From an uncultured virus (IMG/VR IMGVR_UViG_3300020162_002069) (lineage: Duplodnaviria > Heunggongvirae > Uroviricota > Caudoviricetes): a DNA stretch of 64,000 nucleotides. Position numbers and translations under genes: made by a program. The notes beneath the pieces were generated by a model. The model saw only the letters and a list, made by a program, of their open reading frames with translations, was not told the origin of the DNA and did not search any database. Below are positions 24,982 to 34,191 of the stretch, piece after piece (position 1 is the first letter of the stretch; each line of letters opens with the position of its first letter). The stretch lies in the IMG/VR virus record IMGVR_UViG_3300020162_002069; one strand, given 5' to 3'.

Positions 24982-26163
24982 TTATTTGCTGAACGATGAA
25001 AGAGTCTTCAAGTAGTTAGCCATCGAACCAGAATGTGATTCATATGAACTATCTACACCTTCCGACAGGGTTTCAGTTCTCGCTGATGGAGAAACTCCTC
25101 TTGAAGGAAAATATGATTCCCTCAATGTCTCCAGTTTTTCACGATATTCTATCTCACTTTCAAACTCAACACTTTCGGAAAGTGAAGCGAGCTTGTCTTT
25201 CTGAGTGTCTGCAAGACCTTCAGAAACTTGTTCAAAGATTCCATCAGCAACAGACTCTGAGAGACGCTTGTTGAGTGAAATATTTTTTTCGATTTGCTCG
25301 TTGAGTTTAGTCTCCATATCATCAAGTTTTTCTACCATACTCTCAAGTACATTATATTTTTCTTCAGGGATTGTTACATAATGTTCTTCAAAAAGACCTC
25401 TCATTCCTTGGAGGAATGATTCAGTCATTTCAGTCTTAAGACCTTGTTCGACTGCGAGTGCATTTTCAGAAATCCACTCGTCAGCAACATACTCAAGGTA
25501 TGAATCTACACGTTCTGCAAGTTCAGTCTTAATTTCTTCGACCTCCTCTGCAAGAACATTAGAATACTGCTCTTCAAGAGTTTCTTTAATTTCAGAAACT
25601 TTGGAACGAAGAGCAGCCTCAAAGATTGTCCTTGCCTTTTCTTGGAACTCTTCAGAGAGATCCTCACCGGCAAGAAGAGCATTTACATCTTCTTCGATGT
25701 CATACTCTTCCTTCATTTCATCTTCATCATCCTCTTCATCTTCTTCTTTTTTGCTCTTTTTCTTACCCTTCTCATCTTCGTCCTCGTCCTCGTCATCTTC
25801 TTCTTCGGAAGCTTCTAATAGTTCTTCATCTTCATCATATTCAAGATCTTCTTCCTCTTTCATTGCTTCAGCAGGTTTTGCACCCTTATTTACAACATCT
25901 CTAACTTGCTTAAGAGTTGTTCCTGGAGTTTTTAATTTTGCCGAATCATCATCTGACTTATAATTTTCTGGAGTAGGACCACCAAGGTCTTCCCATGATC
26001 CAGTTTGTCCTGGTGTTGATCCTGAAAGACTTGAAATTGGATCAGGTGCAGATGCTCCTGAATTCACAGCAGTTCTGGATTGCTTTGCACCACTTCCCGC
26101 ACCACCACCTTGTCCAGGTGTAGAAGCAGATTCCATTTCTTGTAATTGTTTGCCACGAGACAT
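24982..26163 (-). CDS. gp22: Prohead core scaffold protein
   Basis: LSEEFQEKARTIFEAA, DSYLEYVADEW, acidic tract; between gp21 and gp23. Confidence 0.92.
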   Translation of the reverse strand: MSRGKQLQEMESASTPGQGGGAGSGAKQSRTAVNSGASAPDPISSLSGSTPGQTGSWEDLGGPTPENYKSDDDSAKLKTPGTTLKQVRDVVNKGAKPAEAMKEEEDLEYDEDEELLEASEEEDDEDEDEDEKGKKKSKKEEDEEDDEDEMKEEYDIEEDVNALLAGEDLSEEFQEKARTIFEAALRSKVSEIKETLEEQYSNVLAEEVEEIKTELAERVDSYLEYVADEWISENALAVEQGLKTEMTESFLQGMRGLFEEHYVTIPEEKYNVLESMVEKLDDMETKLNEQIEKNISLNKRLSESVADGIFEQVSEGLADTQKDKLASLSESVEFESEIEYREKLETLRESYFPSRGVSPSARTETLSEGVDSSYESHSGSMANYLKTLSSFSK

Positions 26164-26201
26164 TTGAACTCTCCGTATTTTTCCTGTAGTAAATCTATAT
26201 T

Positions 26202-26209
26202 TATTTATA
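26202..26209 (-). promoter_or_regulatory. T4-type late promoter for gp22-gp23
   Basis: Exact TATAAATA in the gp21-gp22 gap. Confidence 0.8.
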
Positions 26210-26219
26210 ATTAATTAAA

Positions 26220-26870
26220 TTACAACGAATTTAAAAACTCATTGAACACTGATAACTTATATTCTTCAAGAACACCTTGATCAACAAGAGTGTTAATTTT
26301 TCTATAAGTTTTCTCTGCTGCTTTCTCTCTTAACAAACCTCCGTCCCAACACCATTCTTTTCCTTCCATAATTCCCTGAACAAAAGCATCAGGTGCGGAA
26401 GGGTCAGCAACAATATCAGCAGCAGTAGCAAGCATAAAATCTTCACCGACTTCCTTATAACCTTTATTGTTTTCTCTCAGTGAACCAATACCACGAGAAG
26501 AAACACCGAGACATACTCCATCTTTGAGAAGAGATTCAACAATCTTTCCCATAGGAGTAGAAAGAATTTGAGCCTTACCTATAAAGTTATTACCATCACG
26601 ATAAAGTTCTGTGATTTTATGTGAAACTCGATCAAGGTTTACTGTTGGTCCATCGGGATGTCCAAGTTCTCCAAGAGCACGTCCTTTCTGAACATATTGC
26701 TCATTATAACGATTTACCTCACGTTCCATAATAGACATAGGATACATACGTCCATTACGATTCACAGTTTCGGCTTGCAAAAATGGACCTCTGATGCAGA
26801 GTCTCGCCTGCTTACCAGTTCCTTCAGTAATAACTTCTACTTTTTCGATTTCTTCTCTGATGAGTTTCAT
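26220..26870 (-). CDS. gp21: Prohead protease
   Basis: NRNGRMY, ALGELGHP, GVSSRGIGS, DIVADPSAPDA. Confidence 0.96.
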   Translation of the reverse strand: MKLIREEIEKVEVITEGTGKQARLCIRGPFLQAETVNRNGRMYPMSIMEREVNRYNEQYVQKGRALGELGHPDGPTVNLDRVSHKITELYRDGNNFIGKAQILSTPMGKIVESLLKDGVCLGVSSRGIGSLRENNKGYKEVGEDFMLATAADIVADPSAPDAFVQGIMEGKEWCWDGGLLREKAAEKTYRKINTLVDQGVLEEYKLSVFNEFLNSL

Positions 26871-26873
26871 TTT

Positions 26874-27419
26874 TTATGCTTGCGATGTGATTTGAACTTG
26901 TTGATGATAAAGAACTCCAGCACCAGATCCAAAAGCAGAAACTTTGTTTGAGGTAGTAACAGATGCGTCTGGTGAACTAAATGCAGTTACAATTCCACTT
27001 GAATTGTGATTTACAATCATTCTTGTTTGGAAAAATCCATTCACGCCAGAAGAAGTATCAACCGAAAGAACTTGTGCGTGAGTAAAATTATGATATAATG
27101 AACCAGAAAGTGTTACATAATCACCAACACCAAAAGGAACTTGAGTTCCTTCAGGTACATCTACGATTGTTGTAGTACCAGTAGTAACTCCAGCAACACG
27201 ATTTGATGCTTTGGTAAGTGCAAGAGTTGCAGTTCCACCAGAGGGTACATAATAATCAGAGGAAGTTGCTGAAGGAGTTGATCCTACAGAAATATGAGCA
27301 GCACCACCAACAGCAACTACTCTCAAAATACTAGATTGAACTGAAAATGCGGATGATGTTGTTGCAGTTCCTGAAGTAAAACTAAATGAGGCACCGACCC
27401 CAACTGGTTTATGAGACAT
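26874..27419 (-). CDS. Hypothetical (probably virion-associated) protein
   Basis: Ser/Thr/Gly-rich beta protein in the head operon; ATAAATA at 27450-27444. Confidence 0.65.
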   Translation of the reverse strand: MSHKPVGVGASFSFTSGTATTSSAFSVQSSILRVVAVGGAAHISVGSTPSATSSDYYVPSGGTATLALTKASNRVAGVTTGTTTIVDVPEGTQVPFGVGDYVTLSGSLYHNFTHAQVLSVDTSSGVNGFFQTRMIVNHNSSGIVTAFSSPDASVTTSNKVSAFGSGAGVLYHQQVQITSQA

Positions 27420-27453
27420 TATTTTTTTAGATACACTTTTAGTTATTTATCAA

Positions 27454-27615
27454 TCAATCTTCCTCACCATCTTCAGTATCAAACATTGAGTTTGCAACAA
27501 GAGGTTTAAATTCATCAACTCTTCCTGCTGCTTTTGTAAATAAAAGTTCTTTAATCTTATCACTAATCTGTGATGGAGATTCATCAGCAGCAATCATATC
27601 CATTAAATCATCCAT
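27454..27615 (-). CDS. Small acidic prohead core protein (gp67-like by position)
   Basis: Hand translation MDDLMDMIAADESPSQISDKIKELLFTKAAGRVDEFKPLVANSMFDTEDGEED; directly after the portal gene, with ATAAATA upstream. Confidence 0.7.
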   Translation of the reverse strand: MDDLMDMIAADESPSQISDKIKELLFTKAAGRVDEFKPLVANSMFDTEDGEED

Positions 27616-27645
27616 AGTTTTAAATTAATTATTCGTTGTTATTTA

Positions 27646-29322
27646 TTAGATTTCACCACCTTTAGGCATTTCTGCTATTTTTCCATCAACTTCAGTAGCA
27701 GAACCATCAACTTCTGGTTCCATTACAGGTTGACCCAAATTCATTGAAGCAGATTCTGGTCCAAGTGGCATTCCTGTTGCTGGGTCTACCGGCGCATTTG
27801 GATCTGGGATAATACCCTCTTTAATTTCTTTACTAATCATTTTGTCCTGATCAATAATTTCTTCATCAGTTTGACGAAGAATCTTACGTCTTACATAATC
27901 TTGGGAGAAATATTTTCCAATATAAGGTTCTGCAACTTGAACCATATTAAGTCTTTCATTAAGAAGTTCTGCATCCTTGAGTTCTGCAAAATGATTATCA
28001 TATAGAAAATCATATTGAATATGCTCTTCCATAATACTCCAATCTTCTGGAGTGATAATATTTTTAAGAATTAGTTGCGTCTTCAACATGTCATGAAACA
28101 TATATGAAAAACGTTTTCTGAGACGAGAAACAAACTTGCTAAATTTTACTTCATCTCTTAAAATTTCTGATGAACGACCAAGATTAAATCCACCCTCACC
28201 ATCCATTCTTGATGGTGGCACATTTAGTGATCTAAAAAGTTTTTTCTTAAAGTATTCAATATCTGTAATTTCTCCTAGATTTTGACCACCAGGAAGTGTA
28301 GTAATTTCTGTTCCTCTACCACCTTCACGACGAGGTAACCAGAAATCTTCAAGCATACTCATAAACTTCTTATCGTCACGCACTTCTCCTGTAGTAGCAT
28401 CATATACAAGTTTGTTACGATATCTCATCATAACATCACGAAGATATTGTTCTGCTTTTACCTTTGGAAGGTTGCCTACATCAATATAAAAAATTCTTCT
28501 TTCTGGTGCTCTTGATAGGCGATATATTACCAAAGAGTCCTCAATCATTCGAAGTTGATTGAGTGATTTAATTGCTTTATGAAGATATGAAAGAGTGTTT
28601 CCTTTGTTTCTATCAACAAGACCTGAGGTGCAGTACGTAACTGAATCCTTTGTCATTTTGATTCCATTACTTCCACCAAAACCAGAAGGATTTCCTGCTA
28701 TAGAAGTTAATTTTGGATTATAGATGAAATATTCTTCTATCTCAGGAAATTCATAATCCATTGGATTATCTGTGTTTATATTTGTTATTCTATACCTATC
28801 TTTCTCAGTTTTTTTCTGCTGCTTCACATATTTCATTTTCATTGGATCTATGTAACGCAACTCTTGAATACCTTCTTGAGGATTCTTTAAGTCAATTACT
28901 TTATGATAAAATATTTTTCCATCTACATACCAATTTCTATAAATTTCGTGAGATTTTTTATTGAAATCTAACAGAGATAAAATGTATTTAAATTCTTGTC
29001 TTATTTTTTTCTTAATCCCATCACTTGCATTTAAGTTTGATAATTCAATTTCAATTGGAGCATCATTCGTATCTGATACGATAGCTTCGTTTACAATATC
29101 TTCAATTGCACTATCACACTCTGGATGTAGTGCCATCTCACGGTATCTTTTAAGTAAATCAAATTCTGTTCTATAAACACCTTCAATATCAAGAGACGTA
29201 CCAAAAAAACCACTACTCAGATAGTGGTCATTCCCGTCCTCGTTATTTGGAGGAACAGGAGAGACCACTCCCGGAGATAATGGTTCAGTATCTTCAATAG
29301 AAAATCCAAATAATTTTGCCAT
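27646..29322 (-). CDS. gp20: Portal vertex protein
   Basis: YRLSRAPERRIFYIDVGNLP, EDFWLPRREGGRGTEITTLPGG. Confidence 0.98.
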   Translation of the reverse strand: MAKLFGFSIEDTEPLSPGVVSPVPPNNEDGNDHYLSSGFFGTSLDIEGVYRTEFDLLKRYREMALHPECDSAIEDIVNEAIVSDTNDAPIEIELSNLNASDGIKKKIRQEFKYILSLLDFNKKSHEIYRNWYVDGKIFYHKVIDLKNPQEGIQELRYIDPMKMKYVKQQKKTEKDRYRITNINTDNPMDYEFPEIEEYFIYNPKLTSIAGNPSGFGGSNGIKMTKDSVTYCTSGLVDRNKGNTLSYLHKAIKSLNQLRMIEDSLVIYRLSRAPERRIFYIDVGNLPKVKAEQYLRDVMMRYRNKLVYDATTGEVRDDKKFMSMLEDFWLPRREGGRGTEITTLPGGQNLGEITDIEYFKKKLFRSLNVPPSRMDGEGGFNLGRSSEILRDEVKFSKFVSRLRKRFSYMFHDMLKTQLILKNIITPEDWSIMEEHIQYDFLYDNHFAELKDAELLNERLNMVQVAEPYIGKYFSQDYVRRKILRQTDEEIIDQDKMISKEIKEGIIPDPNAPVDPATGMPLGPESASMNLGQPVMEPEVDGSATEVDGKIAEMPKGGEI

Positions 29323-29355
29323 AATTTATTTTATTACTAATCCCTCATCTATTTA

Positions 29356-29946
29356 TTAATCGTTGGCGCCGCCTGGTGGAACTATAATGATACTTTGAAC
29401 TTGGAACTCAACTGTAAATTCTTCAATTGTATCACTACTATCATATGATAAATCAATTGGAGACACTGAAGTTGGGAAAATATTCTCAAATGTATATTGT
29501 TTCAAGACAGCATTTTGATTTCCAGTGTTGTCAGTGCTACTTGCCTTTCCACCTCTTCCAAGTTGATAAACATTAGCAGTTTTCATATATGTCTCAGGTG
29601 ATGTCGCGCCAATGTTTGTATCTAGTTTTGCAATAAGTTCGGTCCACTTCTCAAATGCATTTCTGTATTTAAAGTCTTCATCATTAATAATAGTTACTGT
29701 CCACGGATCAATAGTTCTGTCGCCTGCAACTTTAAATGTTCTTCCTCTAAATGGGACTTCAATTGCCCCAATAGTTTGTCCTGGAAGTTGTGCTGCTTTG
29801 CACATAAACTTAAAATTATTTTTATCAAATTCCGGTGCACCAGGACATTCTGTTATTGCAACTTCGAATAAATTAGGGCGGGCTCCACCGCCCGACATTG
29901 CGGATTTAAAATTTGAAATTGTTTGATTGGGTCTTGTTGATGCCAT
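29356..29946 (-). CDS. gp19: Tail tube protein
   Basis: GARPNLFEV, VPFRGR..KVAGDRT, IEEFTVEF. Confidence 0.95.
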   Translation of the reverse strand: MASTRPNQTISNFKSAMSGGGARPNLFEVAITECPGAPEFDKNNFKFMCKAAQLPGQTIGAIEVPFRGRTFKVAGDRTIDPWTVTIINDEDFKYRNAFEKWTELIAKLDTNIGATSPETYMKTANVYQLGRGGKASSTDNTGNQNAVLKQYTFENIFPTSVSPIDLSYDSSDTIEEFTVEFQVQSIIIVPPGGAND

Positions 29947-29980
29947 TGTTAGATCCTCCTTTTGTTATTTAGATATAAAG

Positions 29981-32209
29981 TTAAACAGTACCAGCAACTT
30001 CTTCAAAACTTACACCAGTGCGAGTTGCAACAAATGTTAGTGTTACGAAGTTAATAGATTTTGCAGGTTTCAGGAAAATATCTGCTCTAAATTCGTTGTT
30101 GTCAATCACATCAGGAGTGTTATTTGTACTGTCACAAACAACTAAGAAACCGAAAAGACCTCTTTTTGCTTGAACATCACGAAGATATGGTTCAACAATA
30201 TTCTTAAAGTTTGCTCTAGTTAGTTCATCATTAAGTTCAAAGAGTTGTGCCTGAGCAGCTCTTTCCAGTGCTTGTTCAATTGTAAGGAACAAACGACGAA
30301 CGTTAATTCTGTCAAATGCAGATGCATATCCAAGAGCAGTTTTATCTCCAAACAGAAGAGTTCCAATTCCAGGTTGAGTAACAATAGAATTTACTCTTTG
30401 TGGATAGAGTTGATCTCTTTGTGCTTTATTTGGATTATATGCAAGTTTAATCGCATTATTGAGAATTCCACGTTGCTGTCCTGCAGGTGAGAACCAAGGA
30501 TAAGCAACAATATTAGTGCGAGTCATTAATCCTGCAATATCAGGATTACAAGCAATATATCTAAACTGGTTGTTAAACCTATCATAAGTATACTTATATC
30601 CACTATCAAATATTGCATATGATGAAGATGGAAGTGAACTAAAATATTTAATTAGATTATTCGTTTGAGTTGTTGTATTTGTTTGACCAACTAAATCAGA
30701 TTTGTGAGCCCCAATAGTTGCAACACAATCTTTTCTTTGATTTGCAATAGAGATTAGGAATCCTGCTTTTGCTTGAGAATCTGTTGGTGCATCCATCGAA
30801 GGTCCCATAATGATATAATCGACTTCAATTTCATCTTTATTTGAGAACAAATCATAAGAAGTTATCAAATCTCCAAGAGTTGCCTTCATTCCACCGTTAG
30901 CAGAATAATCAACTCCACTACTTAAAGTGTAAGTTTTATTTCCAATTGCAGAGAACGTTACTTCCTGTGCAGTTTGTCCCCATAGTCCATCTGAAAGAGT
31001 AATTGGAGTAAATGATGCAGCATTTCCAGAATAAGTGGTAAAACCAGTTGCTCTTGGAGTTGTTCCGTGAAATGCATCAGAAGCACTTGATGGATTTCCT
31101 CCAGCATAAATCTGTGAAGAGAAATCTGCAAGATATTGTTCGTACCAATTCTTTTGAGGAGAATTTACAGAAGATACTGAGTCAAGTGCTTTCGAAAGAC
31201 CTAAATGTGTTTCTAAAATTGTACCTTGATTTCCTGTGATACTTCCTAAATCATCAACAACTACAACGTGTAACCCATCACCATACCCTTGTCTTTCAAG
31301 TGTATATTGATTTGAAATTGGTTTGGGTGCAAGAGATCTCCAAAAAATTGTTGCGTTAGTTAATCCAAGAGTTTGCGACTCATACCAATCAGTAACAGAT
31401 GCTGGAGTAACTGCTGCAGTTGCAGAACCACCGGTAGTAATACCAGAGTTATTAACAAAACGAAGAGAACTTGTTGTTAAGTATGATGCAAAAGAAGACC
31501 CTTCTGCATAATTAATCTTAGTTTCAGTGCCTGCAGTTGTGCCTGCTGCAGAAACTCTTGATAGAATTTTTACGTCAATGCTACTAGCACCGTTAGTTGT
31601 ATCCGTAGTAACGCCTGTAATGATACCTTTAAGATATCCTGTGAATGTTGAGGTTGAACCTAATCCAGGAATTGTAACAGCAGAAAGATTTGCAGTAACT
31701 CCAAATCCAATTGTTGCTCCAAGTGCAGATAGATTGGTTGTTGTAATACCAATAATTTGATCTGCAGCATCATCAATAAAACAAACTTTTAAACCATTCC
31801 CCCAAGATCCAGGGTTCTTTGCTGCATAAGTATAATTTGTAGCCTCATCGTGATTATTGAGATAATCATCGTAGTTGTCAATTCTTAAGAGAGTAGTTGC
31901 TGCAATACCAACACCAGCATTAGCATTATTCAGTGTTGCACCAGCAGTTCTAACAACTTTAAGAATCCCACCATATGAAAGATAAGATGATGCACTCATC
32001 CAATACTCATATTGAGAGTCTGTTGAGAGTGGTTTGCCGAAAGTGCTAATTAAACTCTGCTCAGTTGTAATATCAATTGGATAATCTACAGGACCGATTG
32101 GAAAAGGTCCAGCAATCACTCCAATGTTATCTAAAACATTATCAGCTCTTCCTACTGTTAAATCAACCTCTCTGACTAGTACGCCTGGAGATAATTGAGG
32201 AGTCGCCAT
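29981..32209 (-). CDS. gp18: Tail sheath protein
   Basis: SPGVLVREVDLT, PWFSPAG, FDRINVRRLF, KPAKSINFV. Confidence 0.97.
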   Translation of the reverse strand: MATPQLSPGVLVREVDLTVGRADNVLDNIGVIAGPFPIGPVDYPIDITTEQSLISTFGKPLSTDSQYEYWMSASSYLSYGGILKVVRTAGATLNNANAGVGIAATTLLRIDNYDDYLNNHDEATNYTYAAKNPGSWGNGLKVCFIDDAADQIIGITTTNLSALGATIGFGVTANLSAVTIPGLGSTSTFTGYLKGIITGVTTDTTNGASSIDVKILSRVSAAGTTAGTETKINYAEGSSFASYLTTSSLRFVNNSGITTGGSATAAVTPASVTDWYESQTLGLTNATIFWRSLAPKPISNQYTLERQGYGDGLHVVVVDDLGSITGNQGTILETHLGLSKALDSVSSVNSPQKNWYEQYLADFSSQIYAGGNPSSASDAFHGTTPRATGFTTYSGNAASFTPITLSDGLWGQTAQEVTFSAIGNKTYTLSSGVDYSANGGMKATLGDLITSYDLFSNKDEIEVDYIIMGPSMDAPTDSQAKAGFLISIANQRKDCVATIGAHKSDLVGQTNTTTQTNNLIKYFSSLPSSSYAIFDSGYKYTYDRFNNQFRYIACNPDIAGLMTRTNIVAYPWFSPAGQQRGILNNAIKLAYNPNKAQRDQLYPQRVNSIVTQPGIGTLLFGDKTALGYASAFDRINVRRLFLTIEQALERAAQAQLFELNDELTRANFKNIVEPYLRDVQAKRGLFGFLVVCDSTNNTPDVIDNNEFRADIFLKPAKSINFVTLTFVATRTGVSFEEVAGTV

Positions 32210-32288
32210 TTTTTTCTCCGTAATTCTCTGTTTAACTAAAAATATTTATTAAAAACGTATTTTACACTGGGGAAACATGACGTGATTA

Positions 32289-32519
32289 TTACCAATCAGG
32301 ATATTTGTAATCAATTGAAGATATATTGCTTTTTTTAGATGCATTTATCCTTTTTATAGTACATTCTTTACACTCATAAGAATATGAAGATGCTACAGGT
32401 CCTCTATCTTTACGTGTTCTATAAAATTCTCCTACTAAATTTTTAAGTTCCCCACAAACTCTACACTTTCTGTCATTAAGTAATAAGTGACTTAGTTTTA
32501 TTTGTTTATCAATTTCCAT
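32289..32519 (-). CDS. Small zinc-ribbon hypothetical protein
   Basis: CRVC...YECKEC; likely start MEIDKQ just after the gp17 stop. Confidence 0.65.
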   Translation of the reverse strand: MEIDKQIKLSHLLLNDRKCRVCGELKNLVGEFYRTRKDRGPVASSYSYECKECTIKRINASKKSNISSIDYKYPDW

Positions 32520-32521
32520 TA

Positions 32522-34174
32522 TTATTGATATTGCCACATATATGACATTTCTCCATATTCATCAGTAAACCATCTGTCGCCATCATTATCAACAAAACTT
32601 GTCTCATCTAAACCATCAGAAATAAAACCAAAAGGCGCCATGTCTTGTTCTATTTGATTTTTTTGTTCTTCATAAAGACGTTTCCTAACATCTTGATCTG
32701 TAAGTTCTTTAAAGTAATCTTGACACACTAACCAAGCATAAATTACAAGACACATAGCTAAATCATCATTACAACCTTCTTCTGCTTCAAACGAATTGTG
32801 TTTTTGAATAAAAGTCGTAAGTTCACTCATAATCTCATAATCATTAAAAGTGAGTTTGTCCTCTTCAATCATTGTCTTTAAATTGAGACATCCAATTTTT
32901 TTCACAGTCTTGGACATTTTAACTCCAAGTTGAGTTTTCTTCCCAGAAAATCCTTGTCCAACTATTTGACCTGCTCTACCTCTCATAGAACACATTAAAA
33001 GATTTTGATATTCCAAATCGTATTGAAGAATACTTGCAACCTGATCTCCTACATCATTTACTTCACACAATATAAAAGCATTGTTATAATTTTTTGCAAC
33101 TTCATATATTATGTTTGGGAACATCATTGGTTTGATTTCATTGTCCCTGTATTTGGCAACAACCTTGTGTGGAAATTGAGTTATGTCTACAACAACGAAT
33201 GCGGAATAGTCACTTCCAACCCCTCTAGCAACGTCTACAGTGACTACGTAATCACAATCCTCACTTGGATCCACATAAACGTCTAAACCAGCGTTACGGG
33301 TCTTAGGGTGGTCATACACGAAGTTCCTGAGCTTAGATGGTGCAATGAGAGTATCAACAGATCCAAGAAATTCGCATAAAAATTCTACTTTAAATTGTTG
33401 CTCTGAAGTATTTGCAATTGTTTGCTTCTTCCATTCTTCATCTCTCCCCGGAACTTCACTCCAATGAACATCAGTAAAGACATATCCATTTTTACCAGTT
33501 TCAGCATCATGCCACATTCGGTAGAAATGATTCATACCATGTGGAGTAGATACAATAATTACTTTTGTATTCTTACCTGAAGTAATTGTTGGATATACCG
33601 ATGCAAAGAATGATTCTGCAATGTGATTTGGAACAAACGCAAATTCGTCCAAGAATAAAATATTAAAAGACATACCACGAACCGCAGAAGCAGAAGTAGA
33701 AGCAGCTAAGATTTTACTTCCATTTTCAAGTTCCAGTGAACCCTTGTTCCAAGAAATAATACCTTGCTGCATCCACTTAGGAAGATTTTCATATGCAGTT
33801 TGAAGACGATCTAAAAGTTCTCTTGCGGTTGCTGCTTTGTTTGCAAGAATACCAATATTTACATTATCGTTAAAAACTGCATAATGAAGAAGATATGATA
33901 CCACAGTAGTACTTTTACCAGTCTGCCTAGGCATTTTGCATATATTAAATCTATTCTCATGAAATCTTTTCACAAGTTTTTCTTGGAATGGATAAAGCTC
34001 AAACGGCATTAATCCATGATCCAAGGTTACAATTTTTACATAATTTTTTGCAAAATATACCGGATCATCTTTGCACTTCATAAACTCAATAATTTGTTCT
34101 TGAGTAAACTCAATTGATGTGTTTGCTTTTTTTAGTAACGGATTACCAAGATAAACATCATTATTAGTAGCCAT
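32522..34174 (-). CDS. gp17: Terminase large subunit
   Basis: PRQTGKS, LDEFAF, STPHG, VDVARG, NDDLAM; no intein. Confidence 0.97.
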   Translation of the reverse strand: MATNNDVYLGNPLLKKANTSIEFTQEQIIEFMKCKDDPVYFAKNYVKIVTLDHGLMPFELYPFQEKLVKRFHENRFNICKMPRQTGKSTTVVSYLLHYAVFNDNVNIGILANKAATARELLDRLQTAYENLPKWMQQGIISWNKGSLELENGSKILAASTSASAVRGMSFNILFLDEFAFVPNHIAESFFASVYPTITSGKNTKVIIVSTPHGMNHFYRMWHDAETGKNGYVFTDVHWSEVPGRDEEWKKQTIANTSEQQFKVEFLCEFLGSVDTLIAPSKLRNFVYDHPKTRNAGLDVYVDPSEDCDYVVTVDVARGVGSDYSAFVVVDITQFPHKVVAKYRDNEIKPMMFPNIIYEVAKNYNNAFILCEVNDVGDQVASILQYDLEYQNLLMCSMRGRAGQIVGQGFSGKKTQLGVKMSKTVKKIGCLNLKTMIEEDKLTFNDYEIMSELTTFIQKHNSFEAEEGCNDDLAMCLVIYAWLVCQDYFKELTDQDVRKRLYEEQKNQIEQDMAPFGFISDGLDETSFVDNDGDRWFTDEYGEMSYMWQYQ

Positions 34175-34191
34175 AATAAAACCTCCTTATA

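Noticed and set aside
25601..25963. Poly-Ser plus-strand ORF and apparent trinucleotide repeat
   Set aside because: This is the antisense shadow of the Glu/Asp-rich tract of gp22.
33360..33400. gp17 reads EFLCEF where EFECEF is more familiar; possible scar of a mobile element
   Set aside because: A single substitution with no inserted sequence is insufficient evidence.
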